Source: Nitrospira sp. (lineage in GTDB: Bacteria > Nitrospirota > Nitrospiria > Nitrospirales > Nitrospiraceae). From it: a stretch of 64,000 nucleotides of DNA. The DNA lies in contig DATIGP010000098.1 of NCBI GenBank assembly GCA_035454625.1, positions 9,391 to 73,390 of the forward strand, written 5' to 3'. Made by a program: the position numbers and the translations under genes. The notes under the pieces are model-generated. The model worked only from the letters and a program-made list of their open reading frames with translations, did not search any database and was not told where the DNA came from. Each line of letters begins with the position of its first letter. Position 1 is the stretch's first letter. Below are positions 28,121-40,230 of the stretch, in pieces.

Positions 28121-29530
28121 ATGGTAGGACTGGATGCCACGCAGCTGATGGGAGCCCGCGTCACAGTCGTCGGGCTGGCGCGAAGCGGCGTAGCGGCTGC
28201 GCGCTTACTGCAGGAAGCAGGCGCATCGGTGACGGTGGCGGACCGGAAGAATCGCGAAGAACTGCTCAGTGTGCTCGGATCTCTGGATCAATCGGCCACC
28301 CGACTCGTTCTGGGGCGCGATTACGAGTCGGCTCTCGACCAGGCCGAGCTCGTGGTGATCAGCCCGGGCGTGCCCTATCGGTCGGAAGCCCTTGAACGTG
28401 TTCGGCGCCGAGGTGTGAAGGTCATCAGTGAACTGGATCTAGCCTCGCGGTTTGTTTCAGCCCCGATCCTGGCCGTGACCGGCACCAATGGGAAGAGCAC
28501 GACGGTCACCCTAATAGGACAGATGTTGCAGGCGAGCGGCAAGCGGACATTTGTCGGCGGGAATCTGGGCACGGCGATCAGTGAGGCGGCCGTACAGTCG
28601 CTGCAAGCCTTGAAAATGGGCCGTTCATGCCCGTACGACGCCTTGGTGGTGGAAGTATCCAGTTTTCAGCTCGAAACAATCGAACAGTTTCGCCCATGGA
28701 TTGCCGCGATTCTCAACGTGACGGTGGACCATCAGGATCGCTATGAGTCGATCGACGAATACGTCGCCGCCAAAAACAGAATATTCGAGAACCAAACTCC
28801 GTCCGACTACGCCCTCTTCAATCTGGACGATTCGAGGGTGGCGCCTCTGAGACGACACACCAAGGCAAGCGTGCTGGGTTTCACGAGGACCGCGACGTTG
28901 CCTACCGATCTGGCAGGAGGAACCTATCTCGATCGCGACCGGATCATGACGACCGTCGGAGGCCGGCCTCAGGAGATCTGTGTGAGAAGTGAGGTCAAAA
29001 TCATCGGCAACCACAACCTCGAAAACGCCATGGCGGCTGCAACGTACGCGCTCTTGAGCGGGTGCTCTCTGAACATCATTCGTCAAGTCCTCAGAGAATT
29101 CCCCGGCTTGGAACATGCGTTGGAGACAGTTCATGAGCGGCGGGGTATACGGTTCATCAACGACTCCAAAGGAACCAATGTCGATGCGACACTGAAGGCA
29201 TTGGAGAGTATCGATCAACCGATTTGGTTGATCGCCGGTGGACGCGATAAGGGGGGCGATTTCTCTCGGCTGGCCCCCGCTGTTCGTCGGAGAGTGAAGC
29301 GGCTCATTTTGATCGGAGAGGCGGCGCCGTTGATGGCGAAGGCGATGGAAGGTTATCGGGAAATTGAACGGGCCGACACATTGAAGCAGGCCGTTGAATG
29401 GGCGGCATCGGGAGCGGACGCGGGCGATGTGGTGCTGTTGTCTCCGGCCTGCGCGAGTTTCGACATGTTTACGGATTATCAGGATCGAGGGCGCCAGTTT
29501 AAAGCTCTCGTGCGATCTTTGCCGGAGTAA
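28121..29530 (+). CDS. murD: UDP-MurNAc-L-Ala:D-Glu ligase
   Basis: [41 protein letters not shown]. Confidence 0.97.
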   Translation: MVGLDATQLMGARVTVVGLARSGVAAARLLQEAGASVTVADRKNREELLSVLGSLDQSATRLVLGRDYESALDQAELVVISPGVPYRSEALERVRRRGVKVISELDLASRFVSAPILAVTGTNGKSTTVTLIGQMLQASGKRTFVGGNLGTAISEAAVQSLQALKMGRSCPYDALVVEVSSFQLETIEQFRPWIAAILNVTVDHQDRYESIDEYVAAKNRIFENQTPSDYALFNLDDSRVAPLRRHTKASVLGFTRTATLPTDLAGGTYLDRDRIMTTVGGRPQEICVRSEVKIIGNHNLENAMAAATYALLSGCSLNIIRQVLREFPGLEHALETVHERRGIRFINDSKGTNVDATLKALESIDQPIWLIAGGRDKGGDFSRLAPAVRRRVKRLILIGEAAPLMAKAMEGYREIERADTLKQAVEWAASGADAGDVVLLSPACASFDMFTDYQDRGRQFKALVRSLPE

Positions 29531-29566
29531 TCGACGGCAAGGCCAGAGGAGCATTGACGCTGAAAG

Positions 29567-30772
29567 ATGTCACAGAGAACAGCAGGGACCTTGGCATTGC
29601 CGTGGTCTACGGCCAGCCCGCGCACTCCGAAGCCGGTAGGGATGGATCATGTTTTGCTTTGTGTGACGATCACGTTGACGTTGATCGGTCTTGTGATGAT
29701 ATTCAGCGCAAGCGCGGTGGTGGCCGGTCAGAAACACCACGATTCCTGGTATTTCGTGAAGCGGCAATTGGCATGGTTGACGTCCGGTTTGATGCTCCTA
29801 CATGTGATGTCCCGCGTAGACTATGTGTGGTGGAAACGATTGGTACTCCCTCTTCTTGGCCTCGTCTTGGCACTCTTGGTGATGGTCTTGGTCCCCTCGG
29901 TCGGTGTAATGAGGCACGGAGCTCGACGCTGGCTGGATCTGAAGCTGATTTCCATTCAACCGGCCGAAATAGCGAAGTTGCTCGCGGTGATCTATCTCGC
30001 CGCGTATCTCGCGAAAAAGGAAGACAGGCTCCAGCACTTTTCCACCGGGCTGCTGCCTCCGCTGCTGGTCATCGGTCTCCTCAGCGGGTTGATCCTCTTG
30101 GAGCCGGATCTGGGTACCGTGGTGGTATTGGGGCTGGTGACCGGAGGACTTCTGTTTGTCGGCGGTGCGCGCCTGTCGCATCTCTCAACCCTGGCGTTAT
30201 CTGCTGTGCCGATCGGACTTGCACTCGTTCTGTCGTCCGGCTACCGGCGCCAGCGGCTGATGGCGTTTCTAGAGCCATGGCGGGATGCGTCGGATACGGG
30301 ATTTCAAATCACGCAATCGTTCTTGGCATTCGGCAGCGGGGGACTCTTCGGGGTCGGATTGGGAGGAGGAAAGCAGAAACTGTTCTTTCTGCCGGAAGCG
30401 CATACCGACTTTGTGTTGGCACTCGTCGGCGAAGAGCTTGGTTTCGTCGGAACGGGAATCATCGTTCTTTTCTTTGCGCTTTTCGTGATCCGGGGATTTC
30501 AGATCTCTACTCGAGCACGAATGCCGTTTGGCCGCTACCTGGGAATCGGTATCACGACGCTCATCGGTATCCAGGCGCTGATCAATGCTTGCGTCGTGAC
30601 GGGTTTGTTGCCGACCAAAGGTCTCACATTGCCGTTCGTCAGTTATGGCGGATCTTCCCTGGTGATGAGCCTGACCGGAGTAGGAATTTTGCTGAACATC
30701 TCGCGGGATCGGCAGGCGGGACGAGAAGGTACGAGACAGCAGAGCGAACGAGGATGGGCGAGTCGACGATGA
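29567..30772 (+). CDS. ftsW: SEDS glycosyltransferase FtsW
   Basis: GARRW, IQPAEIAK, EPDLG, FLPEAHTDF, LPTKGLTLPFVSYGGSS. Confidence 0.97.
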   Translation: MSQRTAGTLALPWSTASPRTPKPVGMDHVLLCVTITLTLIGLVMIFSASAVVAGQKHHDSWYFVKRQLAWLTSGLMLLHVMSRVDYVWWKRLVLPLLGLVLALLVMVLVPSVGVMRHGARRWLDLKLISIQPAEIAKLLAVIYLAAYLAKKEDRLQHFSTGLLPPLLVIGLLSGLILLEPDLGTVVVLGLVTGGLLFVGGARLSHLSTLALSAVPIGLALVLSSGYRRQRLMAFLEPWRDASDTGFQITQSFLAFGSGGLFGVGLGGGKQKLFFLPEAHTDFVLALVGEELGFVGTGIIVLFFALFVIRGFQISTRARMPFGRYLGIGITTLIGIQALINACVVTGLLPTKGLTLPFVSYGGSSLVMSLTGVGILLNISRDRQAGREGTRQQSERGWASRR

Positions 30773-31896
30773 CGATTGTCATTGCCGCAGGAGGGACGGG
30801 TGGGCATCTCTATCCGGCTGTCGCGCTGGCCCGAGAGTTTCTGTGCCGCGATCCTTCCACGAACATTGTCTTCGTCGGCACGGTGCGCGGGGTCGAGTCC
30901 AGGGTGCTCGCCCATGAGGGATTCGAGCTGACATTGATTACCGCGAAGCCCGTCATGGGAAAGGGACTGCTGGAAGTCGTAATGGGAGTACTTTCTGTGC
31001 CTATTGGGATCCGGCAATCACTGAACATTCTCAATCGGCGGCAGGCTGATTTAGTGATCGGCGTAGGGGGCTATACGAGTCCGGCCGTGTTGGTCGCTGC
31101 TGCCTTGAAAGGAATTGCCCGGGTGATTCTGGAGCCGAATGCCTATCCCGGATTGGCCAACAAGGTGGTCGCTCCGTTTGCGCAGCGGATCTTTTTGGCC
31201 TTTGAGTCGGCCGGGACCTCCTTTAACCGGCGAAAGGTGCGTGTTGTGGGGACGCCGATTCGACGGGAGTTCTTAGTGCGACCGGACGACAGCGTGTCGA
31301 CCAAGCAGGATGGCCGGCACCTGCTGATTTTCGGTGGAAGCCAGGGCGCCAGGGCCATCAACAGCGCGGTGTTAGAAGGATTACCCCTACTGACCCAACG
31401 ACTCCCCGGCCTGACCATCACGCATCAGACCGGGGAGGGAGATTTTGAACGAGTCAGTGCGGTGTACCGAACATCAGGCATTCAAGCCAAGATCGTTCCC
31501 TTTCTCTACGATATGCCTGCCGTGCTTCGCACGGCCGATCTGGTGGTGGCTCGTGCCGGTGCGATGACCATCGCCGAACTGACGGCCTGCGGGAAAGCCG
31601 CGATTCTGATTCCGCTGCCGACGGCCATCTATGATCACCAGATGAAGAATGCGCGAGCGATGGAAGCGGCGGGAGGCGCCATTGTTCTTCCACAAGCGGA
31701 CCTCACCGGCGTGAAACTGGCTGAGATGATCGAAACGACGTTATCGGACCCGCAGCGGTTGGGGAGGATGCAACAAAAAAGTTTCGAGATGAGACGAGTT
31801 GATGCCGGCGAGGTGATCGTCGGCGAATGTTACGCGCTCATGGGAGTGACATATGACATCAACCAATCTACTGGAGCGACCGGAGGGTGGTGTTGA
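30769..31896 (+). CDS. murG: Undecaprenyl-PP-MurNAc-pentapeptide GlcNAc transferase
   Basis: [38 protein letters not shown]. This is the C-terminal part of listed ORF 29554..31896. Confidence 0.97.
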   Translation: MTIVIAAGGTGGHLYPAVALAREFLCRDPSTNIVFVGTVRGVESRVLAHEGFELTLITAKPVMGKGLLEVVMGVLSVPIGIRQSLNILNRRQADLVIGVGGYTSPAVLVAAALKGIARVILEPNAYPGLANKVVAPFAQRIFLAFESAGTSFNRRKVRVVGTPIRREFLVRPDDSVSTKQDGRHLLIFGGSQGARAINSAVLEGLPLLTQRLPGLTITHQTGEGDFERVSAVYRTSGIQAKIVPFLYDMPAVLRTADLVVARAGAMTIAELTACGKAAILIPLPTAIYDHQMKNARAMEAAGGAIVLPQADLTGVKLAEMIETTLSDPQRLGRMQQKSFEMRRVDAGEVIVGECYALMGVTYDINQSTGATGGWC

Positions 31897-31948
31897 GGAA
31901 CGGCGAATTCGATCCCAGACTACCGTAGGGCGACAAAGGCTCGGCCGT

Positions 31949-33340
31949 ATGACGCATTTTCGCAAGATACAGCAGATTCATCTCGTCGGGATCGGCGGAG
32001 CCGGTATGAGCGGCATTGCGGAAGTCCTCCTCACGATGGGATACAAAGTGACCGGTTCAGATCTGCATGCTTCGGAAACGACGAAGCGACTGGAAGAGCT
32101 CGGTGGGAAAGTTTTTATCGGTCATCAGGAGTCCAATGTGGGAGAGGCGCAGGTAGTGGTCATTTCTTCCGCTGTGGCGACGAGCAACCCCGAAGTCGCG
32201 GAGGCAAAGTCCAAGCAAATTCCCGTGATTCCTCGGGCGGAGATGTTGGCGGAACTGATGCGTCTAAAGTTTGGGGTGGCCATCGCCGGCGCTCACGGGA
32301 AAACCACCACCACGTCGATGGTCGCGAACGTCTTGGCCCAGGGTGGCCTCGACCCCACGATGGTGATCGGGGGCAAAGTGAACGCGTTAGGCAGCCATGC
32401 CCGGCTCGGACGAGGGGACTTGCTCGTGGCGGAGGCGGACGAAAGTGATGGATCGTTTCTTCGCCTCTCCCCGACCATCGTTGCGGTGACGAATCTGGAC
32501 CGCGAGCACCTGGACCATTACGGATCGATGGAGCGTATCAGCGAAAGCTTCCTGGAGTTCATCAACAAAATCCCGTTTTATGGGTTGGCGGTCTTGTGCG
32601 CCGATGACGATCAATTGGCCGCACTGTTCCCTCGCCTGGTCAAACGGTATCACACCTATGGCCTTCGGGATCGGGCCGGGATGGCGCCTGATTTTAAGGC
32701 GACCGACATCAGTCTGAGACAATGGGGTGCCGAGTTCCGAGCGTATTTCCGCGGAAAGAACCTTGGCCCCTTCCGATTGGCCGTGCCGGGCATTCACAAC
32801 GTCTCCAATGCGTTGGCGGCCGTGGCCATCGGCGTCGAGCTGGAGATTCCCGTAGATCTGATCCGCAAAGGGTTGGCGGCTTTCACGGGAGTCGAACGGC
32901 GATTCCATTTGCGGGGCGAAGCCGGCGGCATCATGGTGGTCGACGACTATGGCCACCATCCCACCGAAGTGAAAGCGACCCTCGCCGCCGCCAAACAGGG
33001 TTGGGATCGTCGATTGGTGGTCCTTTTCCAGCCGCATCGATACAGCCGGACAAGGGATTGCATCGGAGACTTCGCGCATGCCTTTGATCACGCGGACGTG
33101 CTGTTCACGACGGAAATCTATCCGGCCGGTGAATTGCCCATTCCAGGAGTGTCCGGATCCGCCCTCGCTGAAACGGTCAAGGCGACAGGCCATCCGTCGG
33201 TGACCTTCATCGAGCACAAAGAAACGCTTCCTGACCAAGTACTGCCTCATTTGAGACCGGGTGACCTCGTGATCACGTTGGGGGCCGGTGATATCTGGAA
33301 GGCGGGAACGGGGATTCTTGCACGGCTTGAGTCTGCGTGA
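31949..33340 (+). CDS. murC: UDP-MurNAc:L-Ala ligase
   Basis: [46 protein letters not shown]. Confidence 0.97.
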   Translation: MTHFRKIQQIHLVGIGGAGMSGIAEVLLTMGYKVTGSDLHASETTKRLEELGGKVFIGHQESNVGEAQVVVISSAVATSNPEVAEAKSKQIPVIPRAEMLAELMRLKFGVAIAGAHGKTTTTSMVANVLAQGGLDPTMVIGGKVNALGSHARLGRGDLLVAEADESDGSFLRLSPTIVAVTNLDREHLDHYGSMERISESFLEFINKIPFYGLAVLCADDDQLAALFPRLVKRYHTYGLRDRAGMAPDFKATDISLRQWGAEFRAYFRGKNLGPFRLAVPGIHNVSNALAAVAIGVELEIPVDLIRKGLAAFTGVERRFHLRGEAGGIMVVDDYGHHPTEVKATLAAAKQGWDRRLVVLFQPHRYSRTRDCIGDFAHAFDHADVLFTTEIYPAGELPIPGVSGSALAETVKATGHPSVTFIEHKETLPDQVLPHLRPGDLVITLGAGDIWKAGTGILARLESA

Positions 33341-34290
33341 TGGCGCATGACGCATCGAGGGCAAAGGATGGAACGAAGGGACGAGCAATGCGGGCACAGG
33401 GCAGATTGGAATCGGCTGTGGCCGGCGTTCGTGGGGCGGTTCGTTTCGATGCCCCGCTCAAAGAGTACACGTCCTTCCACATCGGTGGTCCGGCCGATGT
33501 GTTGGTGGAACCGGCAGACGTGGAGGACGTCGTCCGCCTTGCCACGCAGACGCATGAACAGAAACTGCCGATCTTCGTCTTGGGAGGCACCAACCTCCTC
33601 GTTCGGGACAAAGGCATTCGAGGTGTGGTGGTCAGTTTGGCAAGATTACGCGCGATCAAGGAAGAGCCGGGATCCGTTTTGTATGCCGAAGGAGGCGTCG
33701 GTATGCCGACGCTGATCGCCCATGCTATCCGCAGGTCTTTGGCGGGACTGGAGTGGGCGGCCGGTATTCCCGGTACTGTGGCCGGTTGTGTCGTGATGAA
33801 CGCGGGGACACGACTCGGTGAGATGAAGGACTCGGTGAAAGCCGTACGGATCGTATCGCCCAAAGGCGTGCTCATGGACTGTCGAGCAGAAGTAATCGAA
33901 TTTGGATATCGGCGGGCGACATTGCCTCCGGGTATCGTGGTCGGTGTATGGCTGCAGCTGCGACGGGGAGTGCGGGCGGACATTGAAAAGGTCGTGAAAA
34001 CCTATCTCCATTACCGCCGTGATACGCAGCCGCTTACGCTACCGAGCGCCGGCTGTGTATTCAAGAACCCGCTCAACGATTCGGCGGGACGAGTCGTCGA
34101 AGCGGCAGGACTCAAAGGAACATCAGTCGGTGACGCACAGGTTTCGACTAAGCATGCCAATTTTATCGTGAATCAAGGGCAGGCCAGTGCCGCCGACGTG
34201 CTTGCGCTGATCAAGAAGCTGCGCACGCAAATCGCGCGAAAGACGGGGATTAAATTGGAATTGGAATTGAAAGTCGTGGGCGAAGCATAG
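33337..34290 (+). CDS. murB: UDP-N-acetylenolpyruvylglucosamine reductase
   Basis: [39 protein letters not shown]. Confidence 0.96.
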   Translation: MMAHDASRAKDGTKGRAMRAQGRLESAVAGVRGAVRFDAPLKEYTSFHIGGPADVLVEPADVEDVVRLATQTHEQKLPIFVLGGTNLLVRDKGIRGVVVSLARLRAIKEEPGSVLYAEGGVGMPTLIAHAIRRSLAGLEWAAGIPGTVAGCVVMNAGTRLGEMKDSVKAVRIVSPKGVLMDCRAEVIEFGYRRATLPPGIVVGVWLQLRRGVRADIEKVVKTYLHYRRDTQPLTLPSAGCVFKNPLNDSAGRVVEAAGLKGTSVGDAQVSTKHANFIVNQGQASAADVLALIKKLRTQIARKTGIKLELELKVVGEA

Positions 34291-34311
34291 CGAAAGGGAA
34301 TAGGCAGAACA

Positions 34312-35295
34312 ATGGGTCGACTGACCAGTGCCCGGATCGGCGTGCTCATGGGAGGACGTTCCTCAGAGCGGGATATTTCTCTGAAGACCGGTCAGGCTGT
34401 CCATCAGGCGCTGATCCGTCGAGGATACGATGCGGTGACTATCGACGTCACCGATCATCTGTCTCGAGATTTGAAGGATCACAAAGTCGCCATCGCCTTT
34501 CTCTCGCTGCATGGACCGGGCGGCGAAGATGGAACCGTACAGGGATTTCTCGAGACAGTGGGAATTCCTTACACAGGATCCGGTGTGCGTGCGAGTGCCG
34601 TGGGGATGCATAAGGCGACTACAAAAGCGCTCTTAGCCGCACATGGTATTCCGCTGCCTGCAGGAACCGTCGTGCGGGGGTGCGACAGACCGTCATTGGG
34701 AGGGATCCTGAGACAGACAAAGCTCAAGTTGCCGATTATCGTCAAGCCGGTTTCACAGGGGTCAACGATCGGAGTCACCATCGTGCGTCGACCCGGCCAA
34801 TGGAAAGAGGCTCTGGACCTGGCTCATCGCTATGATTCCGAGGTGATGGTGGAGACGTACATTCCCGGACACGAAGCTGCTGTGTCCATTCTGGGGTCAA
34901 CAGCGGAGGGAACAAAGGTACTTCCAGCTATCGAGATCGTGGCACCCGATGGGTTTTATGACTTCTCGGCAAAATATCAGAAGGGCAAGACCCGGTATCT
35001 CTGTCCCGCTCCGCTCCCACCCAAGGTGGTTTACCGGATCAGTGAGCTGGCGAGGCGAACCTATGAGGTGTTGGGGTGCGAAGGAGCCGCTCGCGTCGAT
35101 TTTCGTATCACGCCGAGGGGGCGCCCGTATGTCCTGGAAATAAATACAGTCCCCGGCATGACGGAGACGAGTCTTCTACCTATGGCCGCAGCGCAAGCAG
35201 GAATTGCGTATGACGACTTAGTTGAACAAATTTTAAAGTCTGCGCTCGATCGTGTGAGTCGCGTTGCAGGGGGAGCTCCGAAGGAGTCAGTGTGA
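34312..35295 (+). CDS. ddl: D-Ala-D-Ala ligase
   Basis: GGRSSERDISL, LHGPGGEDG, KP..QGST, YDFSAKY, RVDF, EINTVPGMT. Confidence 0.97.
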   Translation: MGRLTSARIGVLMGGRSSERDISLKTGQAVHQALIRRGYDAVTIDVTDHLSRDLKDHKVAIAFLSLHGPGGEDGTVQGFLETVGIPYTGSGVRASAVGMHKATTKALLAAHGIPLPAGTVVRGCDRPSLGGILRQTKLKLPIIVKPVSQGSTIGVTIVRRPGQWKEALDLAHRYDSEVMVETYIPGHEAAVSILGSTAEGTKVLPAIEIVAPDGFYDFSAKYQKGKTRYLCPAPLPPKVVYRISELARRTYEVLGCEGAARVDFRITPRGRPYVLEINTVPGMTETSLLPMAAAQAGIAYDDLVEQILKSALDRVSRVAGGAPKESV

Positions 35296-36152
35296 TGGGA
35301 TTCTTGGGAAGAAAGCGGCAACTCCCTCCAGTGCAGCCACGAAAGAATCAGTGGAAGGACCCACAAGGAGAACGGGCTGCGAAAGAACTCAGCCTGGTGA
35401 AAACAGCCAGGCTGAAGCCTCTTTCTCGATGGGTCGGATTGGCGACCGGTACGGGGCTGGTGGCCTGGTTCGCGGCGATGGGCGCGCAGTATTCAGGCCC
35501 TGCTCTCGAAACGTTACTGGAAATTAAGACCATCACAGTCGAAGGGGATCACTACATCGACAAACAAAAGGTGCTCGAGCTTGCCAAAGTGAAACCCGGT
35601 ACCGGGCTCCATCATATTGTCACGGAAGCCATCAAGGAACATCTGGAATCTCATCCGTGGGTCAAAGAGGCCGAAGTGACCCGCGTTCCGCTTCATGAGC
35701 TGCGCATATCTCTGGTTGAACGAATACCAGCCGCCGTCATCCGTGCCGACTCACAAAACTTTCTGACTGATGCGGAGGGGCATGTGCTAACTAGGCTGGG
35801 TCAGGCCGATAATGACGCGTTGCCGCTCGTGACGGGAATCGATTCCAAAGGTCTGTTGGAGGGGGCCGAATCGGTGAGACGGGTTATTGCGTCGGGCATC
35901 AAGCTTGCCAAATTGGTCGGGCAAACATTCGATGGCCGGCTGCAAGTGAGCGCCGAAAATCCGTCTAACCTTGTCGCCCTCGTACAGGGAGTGCGATTTC
36001 AGTTCGGGGAAGAAGCGGTAGGAGAGCAGTGGACACGCTTCCGACGCGTCAAACCGACTCTGAAAACTCTGAACTTTGGCGGTCACGGCCTCGGAGTCAA
36101 CGAAGTAGATCTCCGGTACGAGAATCGGATCGTCGTACGGGAAGGGGGGTGA
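35292..36152 (+). CDS. ftsQ: Cell division protein FtsQ/DivIB
   Basis: Single TM, POTRA domain (HPWVKEAEV), C-terminal VDLRYEN; lies between ddl and ftsA. Confidence 0.9.
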   Translation: MMGFLGRKRQLPPVQPRKNQWKDPQGERAAKELSLVKTARLKPLSRWVGLATGTGLVAWFAAMGAQYSGPALETLLEIKTITVEGDHYIDKQKVLELAKVKPGTGLHHIVTEAIKEHLESHPWVKEAEVTRVPLHELRISLVERIPAAVIRADSQNFLTDAEGHVLTRLGQADNDALPLVTGIDSKGLLEGAESVRRVIASGIKLAKLVGQTFDGRLQVSAENPSNLVALVQGVRFQFGEEAVGEQWTRFRRVKPTLKTLNFGGHGLGVNEVDLRYENRIVVREGG

Positions 36153-36157
36153 TTGCG

Positions 36158-37390
36158 GTGCCGAAACGGGATCAAATTCTGGTCGGGCTCGACATTGGAA
36201 CCACGAAGATTTGTGCGATCGTGGCGGAGATGACCGACGCCGGGGGGCTCAGCATTATCGGCGTCGGATCGAGTCCCTCCCGCGGTCTGCGCAAAGGAGT
36301 CGTCGTTGATATCGAAAGCACCGTAGAATCCATCAAGAAAGCGGTCGAAGAAGCGGAATTAATGGCTGCCGTCCAGATCAACTCGGTTTACACCGGCATT
36401 GCGGGCAGCCACATCTCGGCTGAAAACTGCAAGGGGGTCGTGGCGCTGAAACGGGCCGAGGTGACACGCGAAGATATCCAACGGGCTATTGAAAGCGCGC
36501 GTACGCTCGCCGTGATCCCCCATGAACGCAGAATTCTTCACGTGTTGCCACGGGAATTTATGGTGGATGGGCAGGAAGGTGTGCGGGAGCCGTTGGGTCT
36601 CTCGGGTAATCGTTTGGAAGTCAACGTGCACGTCATCACCGGCGCCGTGACCTCCGCCCAGAACATCGTGAAGAGTGTGAATCGGGCCGGACTCGACGTC
36701 GTCGACATTATTCTCCAGCCGCTGGCGTCCAGCGAGGCGGTGTTGAGCCAGGAGGAACGGGACCTCGGTGTGGCGATGGTTGACCTAGGAGGAGGGACGA
36801 CGGACCTGGCTATCTTTCTGGACGGCAGTATCCGTCACTCCGCGGTCCTTCCCATCGGTGGCCAAAATTTGACGAAGGATTTGGCGATCGGCCTCCTTAC
36901 CTCGCAGACCGAGGCGGAGAAAATCAAGACGCAATATGGCGTCGCGCGGACCGAGCTGGTAACCGGACATCAGATCGTCGAAGTGCCCTCGGTCGGGGAT
37001 CGGCCCGCTCGTACCTTTTCCAGGCGGGATATTGCGGAGATTTTGGAGCCGCGTGTCGATGAGATGTTTGAGCTCGTGCGAAGGGAAATTGTGCGTGCCG
37101 GCTATGAAGGGATGCTGGGTGCCGGGGTCGTCATCACCGGCGGCACGTCCTTACTGGACGGCATGCCCGATGCCGCTGAGACGGTCTTGAACCTACCGGC
37201 ACGCCGGGGCCTGCCTTCCGGTGTCGGAGGGTTGCGCGATATTGTCGGCCATCCCAGTCATTCGACCGGGGTCGGTCTGTTGTTGCATGCCCGGCGACAT
37301 GTCGATGAACTGGAGACAGCCGGGCTTCGCAACGGGGGAACGTGGGCCAAAATGCGTGGATGGACGAAGCGGGTGTTGGAGGTCTTTTAA
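36158..37390 (+). CDS. ftsA: Cell division protein FtsA
   Basis: GLDIGTTKI, VDLGGGTTD, VITGGTS, C-terminal amphipathic helix. Confidence 0.97.
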   Translation: MPKRDQILVGLDIGTTKICAIVAEMTDAGGLSIIGVGSSPSRGLRKGVVVDIESTVESIKKAVEEAELMAAVQINSVYTGIAGSHISAENCKGVVALKRAEVTREDIQRAIESARTLAVIPHERRILHVLPREFMVDGQEGVREPLGLSGNRLEVNVHVITGAVTSAQNIVKSVNRAGLDVVDIILQPLASSEAVLSQEERDLGVAMVDLGGGTTDLAIFLDGSIRHSAVLPIGGQNLTKDLAIGLLTSQTEAEKIKTQYGVARTELVTGHQIVEVPSVGDRPARTFSRRDIAEILEPRVDEMFELVRREIVRAGYEGMLGAGVVITGGTSLLDGMPDAAETVLNLPARRGLPSGVGGLRDIVGHPSHSTGVGLLLHARRHVDELETAGLRNGGTWAKMRGWTKRVLEVF

Positions 37391-37453
37391 CCTTTAAAAC
37401 CCTTGCGGACGGCAGATGGGTCGTCGTGCGGGGTGATCTGAGGAGGTGCCCCA

Positions 37454-38650
37454 ATGTTCTCATTTCAAGACGATATACTGTCTCCGGTCCGTATCAAGGT
37501 GATCGGGATCGGCGGCGCCGGGTGCAACGCCATCAACACAATGATCACCTCCGGACTCGCGCGGGTCGATTTTATTGCGAGTAACACCGACCTCCAGGCG
37601 CTTGATCGGTCGTTGGCACCCTATAAGATCCAACTCGGGCCGGAACGAACCCGCGGATTGGGTGCGGGTGCAAAGCCGGAGATCGGGCGAGATGCCGCGC
37701 TTGAGAGTAAGGAACACATTCGAGAATGTCTGGAAGGGGCGGACATGGTCTTCGTCACGGCCGGGATGGGAGGCGGGACCGGCACCGGAGCCGCCCCGAT
37801 TGTGGCTAGCATCGCTCGCGAAATGGGCATCCTCACGGTAGGCGTGGTCACAAAACCGTTTCAGTATGAGGGCCAACGGCGACACAAGCACGCAGAAGAA
37901 GGAATCCGAGACTTGCGTCGGCACGTCGATACATTGCTCGTCATTCCGAACCAGCGGTTGCTGGGGATCGTCGATAAATCGACCCCGCTTCTCGAAGCAT
38001 TCAAAGTGGCGGATGACGTGCTTCGGCAAGCGATCCAAGGAATCGCCGACGTCATTACGACCACAGGACATGTGAACGTCGATTTTGCCGATGTCCGTAC
38101 CGTGATGTCACACACCGGACGTGCGGTCATGGGCATGGGCGTTTCTTATGGACCCAACCGGGCGATCGAAGCGGCTCAAAAGGCCATGTGCAGTCCTCTC
38201 CTCGAGGAAGGGAGCGTAGAGGGGGCCCGTGGCGTCCTTCTGAACATTACGGGAGGCCCCAGCATGTCGCTACACGAGATCGAAGAAGCCGCCTCGATCA
38301 TCCAACAGACGGCAGATCCAGAAGCCAACATCATTGTCGGCCAAGTTATCAACCCGGACATGGGCGAAGAACTTATCATTACGGTGATCGCAACGGGGTT
38401 TGAACGAGAAGAGGACTCGGCGGCAGCCATGATCGGATCTGATAGAGGAGCGAGTCGACCGGGCAAACCCGCCGCATCAGTGTTGGCCGGTATGGGGGCG
38501 TCACTGGGGGTCGATCGCCCGATGAAGGATCTCGATCGCCCAGCCTTTTTGAGGAGAATGAACGATGTGCGAGAGTCGATGGACCGGGCGGTGTTGACCG
38601 CCGAGGATGAATGGGACGTCCCGACGTTTCTTCGCAAGCAAACAGATTGA
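37454..38650 (+). CDS. ftsZ: Cell division protein FtsZ
   Basis: GGGTGTG tubulin motif, NVDFAD, C-terminal DVPTFLRK. Confidence 0.99.
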   Translation: MFSFQDDILSPVRIKVIGIGGAGCNAINTMITSGLARVDFIASNTDLQALDRSLAPYKIQLGPERTRGLGAGAKPEIGRDAALESKEHIRECLEGADMVFVTAGMGGGTGTGAAPIVASIAREMGILTVGVVTKPFQYEGQRRHKHAEEGIRDLRRHVDTLLVIPNQRLLGIVDKSTPLLEAFKVADDVLRQAIQGIADVITTTGHVNVDFADVRTVMSHTGRAVMGMGVSYGPNRAIEAAQKAMCSPLLEEGSVEGARGVLLNITGGPSMSLHEIEEAASIIQQTADPEANIIVGQVINPDMGEELIITVIATGFEREEDSAAAMIGSDRGASRPGKPAASVLAGMGASLGVDRPMKDLDRPAFLRRMNDVRESMDRAVLTAEDEWDVPTFLRKQTD

Positions 38651-38691
38651 TCTCGTGCATATCTTTACGTGATGCGGTATTACACTGAACT

Positions 38692-39435
38692 ATGACCAGC
38701 GCATCGATCATTACCGTGCCGGAGTTTGCACATGCGGGGAGTCAGGTCCGACATTTTTTCGGGACTCGTCGGCATGCCATGGGTCTTGGTCTTGAAGCCG
38801 GGATTCCGCGAAGGGGTATGGTAGGCGTGGTGGGGTCATCATGGATACTCTCCGTGACACAAGTTCATGGAACAGAAGCGCTGGTGGTGGACCGTACCTT
38901 GATCCCGACGGACCGGTTCGTGGGTGGCTGGGATGCTTTGGTCACTGATCAACCCGGGATCATGGTGGCGGTGCGTACGGCAGATTGTGTGCCAATCTTG
39001 ATGCATGATCCTCAGTGTCGTGTAGTAGCCGCTGTCCATGCGGGCTGGCGAGGGGCTCTTGCCGGCATTGTCCCCAAAACGCTGGCACTATTGGAGTCTC
39101 GCTTCGGCTCGCATCCTGAGCACATACGGGTCAGTATCGGCCCATCGGCCGGAGCCTGCTGCTATGAGGTCGATGAGCCGGTTCTCGACCGTCTGCGCCG
39201 GGGATTCCCAGATTGGAACAAAGTGGTACGAGAGAGAAGAAACGGAAAAGCCCACCTAGATTTGAAGGCGCTCGTCAAAGAACAGGCACAGGCGCACGGG
39301 GTAGACCCGAAATCCATCTCGACCGTCAACCTGTGCACCATTTGCCGCAGCGAACTCTTTTTCTCCTATCGGCGAGAGGGGAAAGTGATCGGGACTATGG
39401 TGAGCGCCGTCGGGTTGCGGATGAGGCGAAGATGA
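38692..39435 (+). CDS. pgeF: Peptidoglycan editing factor / purine nucleoside phosphorylase-like (YfiH/YlmD)
   Basis: QVHG, TADCVPI, HAGWRG, IGPS..CCYEV, CT..FFSYRR. Confidence 0.93.
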   Translation: MTSASIITVPEFAHAGSQVRHFFGTRRHAMGLGLEAGIPRRGMVGVVGSSWILSVTQVHGTEALVVDRTLIPTDRFVGGWDALVTDQPGIMVAVRTADCVPILMHDPQCRVVAAVHAGWRGALAGIVPKTLALLESRFGSHPEHIRVSIGPSAGACCYEVDEPVLDRLRRGFPDWNKVVRERRNGKAHLDLKALVKEQAQAHGVDPKSISTVNLCTICRSELFFSYRREGKVIGTMVSAVGLRMRRR

Positions 39436-39519
39436 ATCAGACTCTGCCAATTCAGCGGTTCTTCCGCTAGAATATAGGGGACGGTTCGCTGCGGGGGCGG
39501 CCGCAACTCAGTGAGGACG

Positions 39520-40230
39520 ATGGAGCCGCTCATTCAAGAAGCAATAGCGAACCGCGTTCAATGGGTTCTGAGGAAAATCCGGTCGGCGGAAGAAAAAGCC
39601 GGACGTCCTTCCGGTACCGTGCGGCTCGTGGCGGCGACGAAGACGGTGACGGTCGAACGCATTGCGGAAGGTGTGCGTGCCGGTTTGTCCATCTTGGGAG
39701 AAAATCGGGTCCAGGAAGCGCTTCCCAAGATAGCCGCCTTTACCCAGACACCGGTTCACTGGCATTTTATTGGACAACTGCAACGAAGGAAGGTTCGGTC
39801 GGTGATCGGTCTATTCGACATGATTCATTCAGTGGATAGTCTTGAACTGGCCCAAGAAATCAATCGCCGTGCCGGTGAAGCCGGACTTCGGCAGAATATT
39901 TTGTTGGAACTGAATATCGGCAGAGAGCCGACAAAGGCCGGGTTTCTACCCGAAGACGTGGTGCGATCGGTACCCATGATGGCTCAACTCCCCCATACGT
40001 GTATTAAAGGCTTAATGGCGATTCCTCCGCGGACCGTTGATCCAGATTCGGCCAGGCCGTATTTCCGCAAACTTTACGATCTGGCCAGGCAGATCGTGAC
40101 ACTGGACTTGCCGACCGTGAAGATGGATGAACTGTCGATGGGAATGTCACAGGATTATGAAGTAGCCATTGAGGAGGGGGCGACACTGGTCCGTGTGGGT
40201 ACCGCGATCTTTGGTACACGCCATGTCTAG
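39520..40230 (+). CDS. yggS: PLP homeostasis protein (YggS/YlmE)
   Basis: LVAATKT, GENRVQE, WHFIGQLQ, LSMGMSQD, VRVGTAIFG. Confidence 0.96.
   Translation: MEPLIQEAIANRVQWVLRKIRSAEEKAGRPSGTVRLVAATKTVTVERIAEGVRAGLSILGENRVQEALPKIAAFTQTPVHWHFIGQLQRRKVRSVIGLFDMIHSVDSLELAQEINRRAGEAGLRQNILLELNIGREPTKAGFLPEDVVRSVPMMAQLPHTCIKGLMAIPPRTVDPDSARPYFRKLYDLARQIVTLDLPTVKMDELSMGMSQDYEVAIEEGATLVRVGTAIFGTRHV

Noticed and set aside
29554-31896. 780-aa ORF suggesting an N-terminally extended or fused MurG
   Set aside because: The first ~405 codons are a shifted frame of ftsW with no protein-like character. The frame plausibly stays open because ftsW is hydrophobic and GC3-rich. MurG starts at ATG 30769, overlapping the ftsW stop.
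32387-33397. Long antisense ORFs opposite core genes (e.g. 32387..33397, 28625..29554, 25598..26473, 47733..48500)
   Set aside because: Typical GC-rich shadow frames opposite highly conserved genes, with no independent signals.
36029-36157. Extended N-terminus of FtsA in the ORF track
   Set aside because: Overlaps ftsQ in another frame; the real start is GTG 36158 (or 36149) after a G-rich RBS.
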